Below, piece by piece: positions 51,659 to 60,234 of a stretch of 64,000 nucleotides of DNA. The first letter of the stretch is position 1, and every line of letters begins with the position of its first letter. Made by a program: the position numbers and the translations under genes. Source of the DNA: an uncultured Pseudomonadota bacterium (GTDB lineage Bacteria > Pseudomonadota > Gammaproteobacteria > DASZBR01); assembly GCA_963712965.1 (NCBI GenBank), contig CAVQJZ010000003.1, forward strand, positions 66,878 to 130,877, given 5' to 3'. The notes beneath the pieces were generated by a model. It had not been told where the DNA came from and searched no databases. It was given only the letters and a program-made list of their open reading frames with translations.

Positions 51659-52521
51659 GTTGGCTCCTTAAAAATTTCATTAACTTCCTGCGCATTAAAA
51701 GCATGCTCTTTTCGACAAAATTCACACGTCACCACAATATTTTTATATTCTTTAATTAATGCAAGCGCATCTGTTTTGCCCAACGTTAAAATAGCATTGG
51801 CCATACGCTCTTGATTACAACGACAAGAGAACATGACATCTTGCTCGCTCAACAAACGTAAATCATGCTCATGAAAAAGGCGATGCAATAATTGCTCATT
51901 AGGTAAATTTAATAATTCATCATCCGTAATTGTTGCCGCCAAATGTTTTATTTCTTCCCAGAGCAACCCTTTGCGTTCATTCACGTGCACAGCTTCGTTT
52001 TCCGGCATTAATTGCAATAAAAATCCTGCGGCACCATCATTATTTGCGGTGAGATAAAGATGTGTTTCTAATTGCTCAGATTGATGAAAATAATTTTCGA
52101 TGACTTGTGCTAACGATTTACCTTCCAAATTGACGACACCTTGATAACGTTCACCACCGGTACCAGGATCAATGGTAATCATCAAGCGCCCTTGCCCTAC
52201 ACTTTTGGCAAAATCGTCACTTACTAATTCATCGTCTTGCCAATTGGCTAACCCTCTTAATTGCTGTTCACTATTGGCTTGTGCCAACAACAAAGAAATC
52301 GGCCCATCACCTTGGACTTGTAAAATGAGCGAGCCTTGATATTTCAACGTAGCACTTAGCAAACTTACAGCTACTAATGTTTGACCTAAAAATTGTTTGA
52401 CTGTCTCAGGATACGGATGGCGCAACGAAACCTCTTGATAGGAATCATGAAGCCTAACGATCTCACCACGGATGGGTAGATTTTCAAAAATGAAGCGCTG
52501 TATTTGGTCGGTTTGTGACAT
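51655..52521 (-). CDS. hslO: Redox-regulated chaperone Hsp33
   Basis: C-terminal CRC...CEFC zinc centre and an Hsp33-like N-domain. Confidence 0.9.
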
Positions 52522-52596
52522 CCGGCAATGATAACAAACAGTTGCTTATTTAGTAATCATCCGCTACTTTTCTGCGCTCTAGCAAAAGGATACCCC

Positions 52597-54228
52597 ATGG
52601 CTCAATACGTTTTTACCATGAATGGCGTTGGCAAAGTCGTTCACCCGAATCGTTTTATCTTAAAAGATATTTATTTGTCATTTTTCCCTGGCGCCAAAAT
52701 TGGCGTGCTGGGTTTAAACGGTTCTGGAAAATCCACCCTACTTCGTATCATGGCAGGCCTCGATAAAGACTATATAGGTGAAGCGCGCCCACAACCCAAT
52801 CTGAAAATTGGTTATTTGCCTCAAGAACCACACTTAGACCCTACGAAAGATGTCCGCGGCAATATTGAAGAAGCGGTTAAAGAAACCAAAGCATTGCTAG
52901 ATCGCTTTAATGAAATCAGCATGAAATTTGCCGAGCCCATGTCTGATACGGAAATGGATAAATTACTCAACGAACAAAGCGAATTACAAAATAAAATTGA
53001 TGCAGCCGGTGCGTGGGAATTAGATCGCCAATTAGATATTGCTGCTCATGCGCTACATTTGCCACCTTGGGATGCCGATATTACAAAATTATCCGGTGGT
53101 GAAAAACGCCGCGTCGCCTTGTGTAAATTGGTGCTTTCTAATCCTGATATGATTTTACTTGATGAACCAACGAACCATTTAGATGCAGATAGCGTGGCGT
53201 GGTTAGAAAAGTTTTTGAAAAATTTTGCTGGCACCGTGGTAGCTGTCACTCATGATCGTTACTTTTTAGATAATGTCGCAGGTTGGATTCTAGAATTGGA
53301 TCGTGGACAAGGTATTCCTTATGAAGGCAATTATTCTTCGTGGTTAGAACAAAAAGAAAAACGTTTAGAGATTGAAGAAAAACAAGAAACAGCGCGACAA
53401 AAAACCATTAAACATGAATTGGAATGGATTCGCGCCAATCCCAAAGGGCGACACGCAAAAAGCAAAGCGCGTATTGCGCAATTTGATGAACTCATGTCGC
53501 AAGAATTTCAAAAACGTGCTGAAACGCAGGAAATTTATATTCCGCCGGGCCCTCGTTTGGGTGATGTTGTCATTGAAGCCAAAGGGTTAAAGAAAAGTTT
53601 TGGCGAACGCACATTATTTGACAATCTAGATTTCTTTTTACCACCCGGTGGCATTGTTGGTGTGATCGGTCCTAATGGTGCGGGAAAAACCACACTCTTT
53701 CGCATGCTTGCGAATCAAGAAAAACCTGACAGCGGTGAAATTCGTTTTGGTGATACGGTACAACTTGCTTATGTCGATCAAAGTCGCGATAGCTTAAATG
53801 GTGATAAAACCGTGTGGGATGAAATTTCCAACGGCCAAGAAATTATGATGGTCGGTAGTTATCAAACGCAATCACGTGGTTATGTGAGTCGTTTTAATTT
53901 CAAAGGCGCTGATCAACAAAAATTAGTGAAAAATTTATCGGGTGGTGAACGCAATCGTGTTCATCTCGCCAAACTTTTAAAAAGTGGCGGCAATGTTTTA
54001 TTGCTCGATGAACCTACCAATGATTTAGACGTTGAAACATTGCGCGCGCTTGAAGAAGCGTTATTGTCTTTCCCTGGTTGCGCGGTAGTGATTTCACATG
54101 ATCGCTGGTTTTTAGATCGTATCGCGACACACATGCTTGCGTTTGAAGACGATAAAGTCGTGTGGTTTGAAGGCAATTACGCGGATTATGCGGCGGATCA
54201 TGAGAGACGCACGGGTAAGACTGTTTAA
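52597..54228 (+). CDS. ettA: Energy-dependent translational throttle protein EttA (ABC-F ATPase)
   Basis: [15 protein letters not shown]...[26 protein letters not shown] is nearly collinear with my recollection of E. coli EttA. The start is set at 52597. Confidence 0.95.
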   Translation: MAQYVFTMNGVGKVVHPNRFILKDIYLSFFPGAKIGVLGLNGSGKSTLLRIMAGLDKDYIGEARPQPNLKIGYLPQEPHLDPTKDVRGNIEEAVKETKALLDRFNEISMKFAEPMSDTEMDKLLNEQSELQNKIDAAGAWELDRQLDIAAHALHLPPWDADITKLSGGEKRRVALCKLVLSNPDMILLDEPTNHLDADSVAWLEKFLKNFAGTVVAVTHDRYFLDNVAGWILELDRGQGIPYEGNYSSWLEQKEKRLEIEEKQETARQKTIKHELEWIRANPKGRHAKSKARIAQFDELMSQEFQKRAETQEIYIPPGPRLGDVVIEAKGLKKSFGERTLFDNLDFFLPPGGIVGVIGPNGAGKTTLFRMLANQEKPDSGEIRFGDTVQLAYVDQSRDSLNGDKTVWDEISNGQEIMMVGSYQTQSRGYVSRFNFKGADQQKLVKNLSGGERNRVHLAKLLKSGGNVLLLDEPTNDLDVETLRALEEALLSFPGCAVVISHDRWFLDRIATHMLAFEDDKVVWFEGNYADYAADHERRTGKTV

Positions 54229-54233
54229 ACAAT

Positions 54234-54324
54234 GTCATCCCGGCCAAGCGAGTGAAACGAGTGCGAGCCGGGATCTAGCAATTTAATCCTACTTGTCACC
54301 CCGCATTTATTGCGGGGTCTGGTA
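54234..54324. repeat. Family F hairpin (gtcatcccggc...gccgggatc) followed by an inverted half copy of family A
   Basis: gtcatcccggccaagcgagtgaaacgagtgcgagccgggatc, then ttgtcaccccgcatttattgcggggtctggta. Confidence 0.7.
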
Positions 54325-54669
54325 GATGTTAAAGCACCAGCAAATGCACTCTCGCATAGCTTCATCCAAGCTCACACAAACCCCATGCGCACGGGAATTC
54401 AAACGCTTGTAACAACAAGAAAAAGTTATTTCTTTAACGTGTCCTTAAGAAAACCTTAAGATTTCTCTGTTAGTCTTTAAAAATCAAAGGGTTTTATGTA
54501 CAATTTTTCGTATAATGGTGTAAGCTTAAGTGTGCGAGAGTCGTCAGCATTTTTCCCAATATAAAATTCTACAAACAAAACAACAGCACTGTGAATGGCA
54601 GATTGATGAGCATGCTGTATTGTGTTTTTTATAAGAAGACTGCGAGAGTTAAATTGAGGCTTAGAGAGA

Positions 54670-55866
54670 ATGTTAACTAAAGTAATATTTCCAAACTTGA
54701 AAAAAGGAGACAAACCTAGATGTCTTCTCGTAATCAGTCTTGGTCAAGATCTTCAATCGGGTGAAAAACTTAAAGTAACTATTGAAGGCATAAATAAACA
54801 ATTTTCAGAATGCACTGTTGTTATCGCTGATTCCCTGCAAAAACATAATCAAAGAATTTTAGGCCTAGATGAAAATGCAGCCACAGAAGCTGCTTTAGCA
54901 AGCGGCAAAAAATGGCTTGAAGAAAATAAAATCACTTTAGATGCTTTACAAATACCACATGCTATTCATCATTGGACTGAATACACATCAAGCGCAGACT
55001 TCCAAAATGCATTACGTAGCGTAAAAGATAGATATAACACGGATGTCGATTATAAAGCTGATCTGGATGACGCAATCGCCAGTTTTTATGCCAACTTCTC
55101 CTCCGCTCACAAAGACAAAAAAAGACTCCCAAGAAGAGAAGCAGAGGAATTTATACGAGAATATATAGAAGAAGAATATGCGGTAATGAAAGTATGGGAA
55201 AAAACTCTTGGCGACGTAAGACTCACATATCCAATAAGCCACAGCAAGATTGCCGCGTTAGTCTACGATGCTTTTAAAGCTCATCTTGCAGTAAAAAAAT
55301 CTAGTTTAATTTTTCAAGATATGCAATTTACAGGTGAAAAGAAAAATGGAGCTGCCAAAAATGGCGCAGCTAACGGAAAATCTATTCCTAGTGCAAAAAA
55401 AGAAAGCTCTGACGAACACTCATCTCGATCACGAAGCAATTCCAGTTCTTCAGGTGAAGATAACGACGAAGAGAAAGCTCTACGCAAAATAGCAAAAACC
55501 ACTTTCGAAATAATGAATGGTTTACCAAAAGAGCAGCAGCTTGACGATACTTTTACGATTGCCGCTAAGTCTGCGGCCGCTGCCATAAACGCAATCAAAA
55601 CAACAAATGCGGTGTCGATATCCAGACTTGGAATTCTCAAAGTATCGACAACACCACGAACCAGCCCTCCTCTGTCGCCACATTCTTCCCCTACAGAAGA
55701 AATACCTCCTCGTGTATCGCCGCCAAAACGTTCTTCAGCTCCTAGCGATGATAGAATCGAAGAAGGCGCGCAAGAAACAACAAGCAACGAACGGCCTAAA
55801 AGCTTAACTATTGCTGAATTGGAAGATTTTGCAAAGCATCATAATAACGGATTTACTAAAAAGTAA
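54670..55866 (+). CDS. Cyclodipeptide synthase (CDPS)-like protein, XYP-type, with a ~175-aa Ser/Pro-rich low-complexity C-terminal extension
   Basis: V-I-S23-L-G-Q26, Y165-x3-E169 and Y187-P188 correspond to AlbC G35-I-S37-A-G-N40, Y178/E182 and Y202/H203. Ser-to-Tyr spacing is 142 aa versus 141. Residues 221-398 are low complexity. Confidence 0.7.
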   Translation: MLTKVIFPNLKKGDKPRCLLVISLGQDLQSGEKLKVTIEGINKQFSECTVVIADSLQKHNQRILGLDENAATEAALASGKKWLEENKITLDALQIPHAIHHWTEYTSSADFQNALRSVKDRYNTDVDYKADLDDAIASFYANFSSAHKDKKRLPRREAEEFIREYIEEEYAVMKVWEKTLGDVRLTYPISHSKIAALVYDAFKAHLAVKKSSLIFQDMQFTGEKKNGAAKNGAANGKSIPSAKKESSDEHSSRSRSNSSSSGEDNDEEKALRKIAKTTFEIMNGLPKEQQLDDTFTIAAKSAAAAINAIKTTNAVSISRLGILKVSTTPRTSPPLSPHSSPTEEIPPRVSPPKRSSAPSDDRIEEGAQETTSNERPKSLTIAELEDFAKHHNNGFTKK

Positions 55867-55870
55867 TTTT

Positions 55871-56245
55871 CTAATTTCGAGTTAATTGGTTCAAATATTC
55901 TTCGACAGTTTCTTTAGCAAGTGGTTTCGTAATGTATCCATTCATTCCTGCTTCAGAAGCTTGTTTTTTATATTCATCACTGTTGTGAGCTGTTAAGCCA
56001 ACAATGCATATATGAACCTTTTCTTCCAATGCGCGAATTATTTTTGTCACAGCAAAGCCATTTGTATCAGGCAATCCAATATCCATGAAAATAATATCAT
56101 AGTGATTTGTCTTAAAAAGATTTAAAGCGGATTCACCATTACTTGCTGTATCTACATCACAACCTACTTCGATCAAAACCATTGACGCGATTTTTTGTGC
56201 GATCATATTATCTTCCACAAGCAATGCTCTAATTTTCTTATTCAT
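55871..56245 (-). CDS. Stand-alone response-regulator receiver (CheY-like) protein
   Basis: LLVEDN, FMDIGLPD (Asp55), GLTAH, ITKPL. There is no output domain. Confidence 0.9.
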   Translation of the reverse strand: MNKKIRALLVEDNMIAQKIASMVLIEVGCDVDTASNGESALNLFKTNHYDIIFMDIGLPDTNGFAVTKIIRALEEKVHICIVGLTAHNSDEYKKQASEAGMNGYITKPLAKETVEEYLNQLTRN

Positions 56246-56251
56246 AAAAAT

Positions 56252-57814
56252 TTACTCCTCCTTACTCGTCGTCTCATTTGATAATGGTAATTTAAACGGC
56301 AAAATGCAAACAAAAGCACTTCCTTTGCCAACCTCGCTATTCACTTCAATCTCGCCTTCCATTTCTTCGACGAATTGTTTAACTACTCGCAATCCCAAAC
56401 CTAAACCTTTGTGAACTCCTTGGTTAGCCGGTGTTCCTCGCGTAAATTTTTCATAAATATACTCTAATTTTTCTTTTGGAATACCGCTTCCTGTGTCTTT
56501 AACAACTATTTTAATGAGTACACTTTTACCCTTTTTTTGTATCTCATATAACTCAACTTTGATAGACCCTGCTTGAGTAAACTTGATTGCGTTGCTTAGC
56601 AAATTAATAAGTATACGCTGCAGACGATAGTCATCACCCAAAAGAATAGCAGATATACTCTCATCATACGCGGCAATTAATTCTAAGTTTTTGTTTTTGG
56701 CCGCAGGCATTTCCATTGCAACAACACTATCAACCAATTTCTTCAGTTCAAACTTTTTAACAATAACAGGTCTATTACCATGCTCGATATTAGAAAAATC
56801 AAGCACGCCATTGCAAAAGTCTAATAATTCCTTTGAAGCCATCGCCAAATAATTAAGTAACTCTTTTTTTTCTGAATCATTTTCTTTTTCAAATAGATTA
56901 TTGGCCAAATAATAAATGCCGGCGCATGGTGTTCTAATGTCATGTTCCATATTATGGATAAAATCCATTTTTACTTGGTTAGCGATTTTCAGTTGCTCCT
57001 CGTATTTTTTTCTTTCACTAATATCAATAGATATACCGAGCAGACCATTTACATGTCCTTGCTTATCCTTCAACGGAACTTTTCTCGTTAGATATACGGC
57101 GTGATTTCCTTTGGAATCAAAAGCATCTTCTTCTATAGAATGCTCAAAACCTAAAGCCATTATTCTTTCATCTTCGTTGGAAACCACATGAGCGACATCC
57201 CCATCATTTTTTCCAATTATTTCTTCAAGAGTTTTTCCGATAACATCCTGCCTTGAGCTGGCATTAATCAATTTTAATATATTGTAATTACACCCAAGAT
57301 AAACACCTGATCTGTTTTTCCAATAAACATTCCCTGGCATTAACGCAATAATTTCATGAAGATTTTCCAATTCATCTGACAACTTTAGACGTTCACTTCT
57401 TATCGATTTCAATTCCTGCTCGTAAAATTTTATTTTTTGCTGAGCTTGTTCTTGATCAATCTCTTCTTGGCAAATAGTGATTAGACCAGAAGAACTCGTT
57501 TGAATATCATTAAATGGAATTCGAGTAATCGTTGCATTAGAAACAATACCGTCATCACTTGAGCGACTTTCTCTCTCGGTTAATCTTTGTTGAGTTGATA
57601 TGGCTTCTTCATCAAACTTAGTAACATGATCAGCGATTGATTTTTTGACCAAATCGTAGATAGTCTTTCCAACGATTTCTTGGGGTGAGGATAAATTATA
57701 AGATTTTGCAGCACTATGACTACAGAATAGATAACGACCATCTTTATCTTTGACAGCAACATTCAGTGGCAAAACAGAAACCAGCTCTTTCAAAAAAACT
57801 AAATTCATATCCAT
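56252..57814 (-). CDS. Soluble PAS-PAS sensor histidine kinase (HisKA + HATPase_c, no TM, no receiver)
   Basis: Two PAS modules (second: LMPGNVYWKNRSGVYLGCN), H-box FIHNMEHDIRTP, N-box LLSNAIKF, G-boxes DTGSGI and GLGLGL. Confidence 0.9.
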   Translation of the reverse strand: MDMNLVFLKELVSVLPLNVAVKDKDGRYLFCSHSAAKSYNLSSPQEIVGKTIYDLVKKSIADHVTKFDEEAISTQQRLTERESRSSDDGIVSNATITRIPFNDIQTSSSGLITICQEEIDQEQAQQKIKFYEQELKSIRSERLKLSDELENLHEIIALMPGNVYWKNRSGVYLGCNYNILKLINASSRQDVIGKTLEEIIGKNDGDVAHVVSNEDERIMALGFEHSIEEDAFDSKGNHAVYLTRKVPLKDKQGHVNGLLGISIDISERKKYEEQLKIANQVKMDFIHNMEHDIRTPCAGIYYLANNLFEKENDSEKKELLNYLAMASKELLDFCNGVLDFSNIEHGNRPVIVKKFELKKLVDSVVAMEMPAAKNKNLELIAAYDESISAILLGDDYRLQRILINLLSNAIKFTQAGSIKVELYEIQKKGKSVLIKIVVKDTGSGIPKEKLEYIYEKFTRGTPANQGVHKGLGLGLRVVKQFVEEMEGEIEVNSEVGKGSAFVCILPFKLPLSNETTSKEE

Positions 57815-57850
57815 ACGAATACTTTACACCCTCACGTTTAACGCTGATCT

Positions 57851-57880
57851 TTGACACATGCTACAAAATACCTTTATATT
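57851..57880 (+). promoter_or_regulatory. Candidate sigma70 promoter for the Hpt gene
   Basis: TTGACA (57851-57856), an 18-nt spacer, then TATATT (57875-57880), ~58 nt upstream of the ATG at 57938. Confidence 0.35.
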
Positions 57881-57937
57881 GCAAGGACATAAATTCTAAC
57901 GTTTTTCCCTGACTAAGTCTTTATTATCGAGCCTAAA

Positions 57938-58216
57938 ATGACCGATTTTACTAAAGAAGCCCTTAAAATGTTCGCTCAAGTCATCCCAGAAGAGCTCGCT
58001 GCTCTGGAAAGTGCTCATCGAGCTCAAGACTGGAAAGTGATTTATGAATACATTCATAAAATGAAAAGCTCGGCGGTTTATTGCAAAGCCTTCAAATTGC
58101 GCGATGCATGCGCCGATTTAGAACAATATTTGAGATCATCGGAAAATATTGAACATCGTGAACAGCTTTATCAGGTAGTTTTAGACGAAATTGATGTGGT
58201 GAGAAAAGATCTCTGA
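57938..58216 (+). CDS. Stand-alone Hpt (histidine phosphotransfer) domain protein
   Basis: YIH40KMKSSAVYCKA fits the Hpt HxxKG/S motif. The 92-aa size is consistent with a four-helix bundle. Confidence 0.75.
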   Translation: MTDFTKEALKMFAQVIPEELAALESAHRAQDWKVIYEYIHKMKSSAVYCKAFKLRDACADLEQYLRSSENIEHREQLYQVVLDEIDVVRKDL

Positions 58217-58242
58217 TCATGAAAGACATAATATGTATTCAT

Positions 58243-58268
58243 AGGGGCAGACCTATGTGTCTGCCCTG
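58243..58268. repeat. Family E-variant hairpin (aggggcagacctatgtgtctgccc)
   Basis: The 18-mer aggggcagacctatgtgt is exactly inverted at 59661-59678. Confidence 0.7.
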
Positions 58269-58275
58269 TTTTTGC

Positions 58276-59544
58276 TCAAACCAAATTCTCACTAAAAATC
58301 TTTGCGATTAATTCTGATTTAGACACACATCCTAACTTATCTTTTGCGTTATCAACATAAAACTCCACGGTACGTGGTGATAAACCCATTTTTTTTGCTA
58401 CTAACTTAAGCGTCATACCACGAACTAAATAATGAATACATTCTGACTCACGCTTAGAAAGCCCTAAATACTTGTGCGCCTTATGCAACTCATTTATTTT
58501 CTCTTTTGGTAGTGTAATTGGCATATCTTCAATGGCAATTTCTTGAGCTTCAGCATTTAGATTAAAATGAGCAAAACCCTCGACATCTATCGCCATGTTT
58601 TCTAAATCTTCGCTGATTTTCTTAAGCTCAACAGCTGATTTTTTGGGTGATTTCAATCCTTTGAGCGCCAAACGAAAATCCTTCGCCAAATTAGACAGAA
58701 ATTCCGTTTTTGCACGATTGGCATTCTCCGCAATTTCTTTTGCCGCAAGAAGCTGCTCTTCCATTTTCTTTCTTTCAGTGATATCTATCGAAACACCCAA
58801 TAACCCAACTACTTTCCCCTGATCATCATGTAATGGAAGTTTCTTTGTGAAAAACAATGCCTTCTCATTTTTAGAATTAATACCCGGCTCTTCATAAATT
58901 AGTTCTTTGTCAGACGCCATAATTTTTTCATCATCAGCAGTCACTTGATCTGCAAGTTTTTTATTAAGGATGGCGTGTATTTTTTTGCCAATTAAATCTT
59001 TTGGTGCTTTAAGTCCAAGATTGTCTACATTATTTTGATTGCTACCAAGATACACACCTTCTCGATTTTTCCAGTACACATTCCCAGGCATCAAAACAAT
59101 TAATTCCTCTAGGTAATGCATCCTGTTAATAAACTCCGCTTTGGATTTATTTGATTCTTCTAATGCTTTTTCCATTTTTTTACGTTCGGTGATATCAAAA
59201 GAAACGCCTAACAAACCAACAACGCTATTATTTTCATTAACTAAAGGGATTTTTTTAGTTAAAAAAATCATGGGTTCTACACCAGAGGGCGCGTAGATTT
59301 CTTCAAGCATAACTTCTTGATTCGTTGACATGACTTTCTCATCAACCACATAAATTTTATCTGCATCATTCTTATCAACTAAATCGTACGTCTTTTTCCC
59401 TATAAACTCTCTCGAGGATTTTAATCCGAAAGTTTTCACAAGATTCTCATTACACCCCAAATACACCCCGTCTCTATTTTTCCAATAGACGTTACCTGGC
59501 ATAACAGCAATTAATTGTTCAAGAAGAACATTATTGAGATCCAT
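58276..59544 (-). CDS. PAS-PAS-LuxR/GerE HTH transcriptional regulator with a His-less HisKA-like remnant (no receiver domain)
   Basis: Two PAS modules paralogous to those of the kinase (MPGNVYWKNRDGVYLGCN; MPGNVYWKNREGVYLGSN). NRAKTEFLSNLAKDFRLAL sits in the H-box position. The C-terminal LSKRESECIHYLVRGMTLKLVAKKMGLSPRTVEFYVDNAKDKLG is a LuxR-type HTH. Confidence 0.85.
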   Translation of the reverse strand: MDLNNVLLEQLIAVMPGNVYWKNRDGVYLGCNENLVKTFGLKSSREFIGKKTYDLVDKNDADKIYVVDEKVMSTNQEVMLEEIYAPSGVEPMIFLTKKIPLVNENNSVVGLLGVSFDITERKKMEKALEESNKSKAEFINRMHYLEELIVLMPGNVYWKNREGVYLGSNQNNVDNLGLKAPKDLIGKKIHAILNKKLADQVTADDEKIMASDKELIYEEPGINSKNEKALFFTKKLPLHDDQGKVVGLLGVSIDITERKKMEEQLLAAKEIAENANRAKTEFLSNLAKDFRLALKGLKSPKKSAVELKKISEDLENMAIDVEGFAHFNLNAEAQEIAIEDMPITLPKEKINELHKAHKYLGLSKRESECIHYLVRGMTLKLVAKKMGLSPRTVEFYVDNAKDKLGCVSKSELIAKIFSENLV

Positions 59545-59622
59545 AAAATTTCCTGTAAAAATCTAGATGAGAGAAACAATAGGTGGACAAAGCAAGAGAC
59601 ATTACCGTATTTTTTACGTGAA

Positions 59623-59680
59623 GTCATGGCGCGCTTGTGTGAGCGCCCAAGACATGGCGGACACATAGGTCTGCCCCTAC
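59623..59680. repeat. Degenerate family A-like hairpin plus an inverted copy of the 18-mer
   Basis: gtcatggcgcgcttgtgtgagcgcc... then acacataggtctgcccct (59661-59678). Confidence 0.55.
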
Positions 59681-59702
59681 ACGAGAATGATATATTATCT
59701 AG

Positions 59703-60137
59703 TTAATTTTTGAGCAAAATTTTGCTTAATTGCTTACGGTTTTTGATTACATCTGCCAAAGTGTATTGCGCTAAAACTTTGATAAAACTATTTTTAGCTT
59801 CATCTAAAACATGCTTTAGTCGACATACGGGTGAAATCACACACTTCCCGTTTGCTTGATCAAAACATTCAACGATAAAAAAATTAGGCTCTATTTTTTG
59901 AACCAGGTCACCAAGGTTAATATGTTCTGGCTTTGCATTAAGCTGCAAGCCACCCTTTTTACCTCGAATCGTTTTAAGCACACCAAGCTTACTCAAGCGA
60001 TGGATAACTTTCATCAAGTGATTTTTAGAAATTTTGTAGCTGTCGGCAACTTCAGAGATGGTGCAGACCTCATCGTTACGCAGCGCAATATAAATCAGTG
60101 CGCGTAATGAATAATCTGTAAATTGTGTGAGCTGCAT
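59703..60137 (-). CDS. Rrf2 family transcriptional regulator (NsrR-like, three-Cys Fe-S cluster ligands)
   Basis: MQLTQFTDYSLRALIYIA is an Rrf2 N-terminus and wHTH. Cys91-x7-Cys99-x5-Cys105 is present. The start is set at 60137. Confidence 0.85.
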   Translation of the reverse strand: MQLTQFTDYSLRALIYIALRNDEVCTISEVADSYKISKNHLMKVIHRLSKLGVLKTIRGKKGGLQLNAKPEHINLGDLVQKIEPNFFIVECFDQANGKCVISPVCRLKHVLDEAKNSFIKVLAQYTLADVIKNRKQLSKILLKN

Positions 60138-60183
60138 AATGAAAACCTCATGGAAAGTATTGCATAGTGAAGCCACAATGTTT

Positions 60184-60206
60184 AACATTCATTTTAAATA
60201 CATGTT
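60184..60206. promoter_or_regulatory. NsrR-box-like 11-1-11 inverted repeat AACATTCATTT-T-AAATACATGTT
   Basis: The half-sites match each other at 9 of 11 positions and resemble my recollection of the gammaproteobacterial NsrR consensus (AAnATGnATTT-n-AAATnCATnTT). It lies between the divergent Rrf2 and globin genes. Confidence 0.5.
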
Positions 60207-60234
60207 ATGGCATTCTTACTATTAGGAGCAATTG

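Noticed and set aside
54720-54764. 14-codon mini-ORF (MSSRNQSWSRSSIG*) behind a strong AAGGAG inside the CDPS 5' end
   Set aside because: It is out of frame within the CDPS coding sequence. The CDPS-like motifs require the 54670 frame, so the SD-like sequence is probably fortuitous (it codes KKGD).
55314-55787. 157-aa minus-strand ORF antisense to the CDPS tail
   Set aside because: It is a low-complexity mirror of the Ser/Pro/Ala-rich coding region on the plus strand. It has no start context or motifs.
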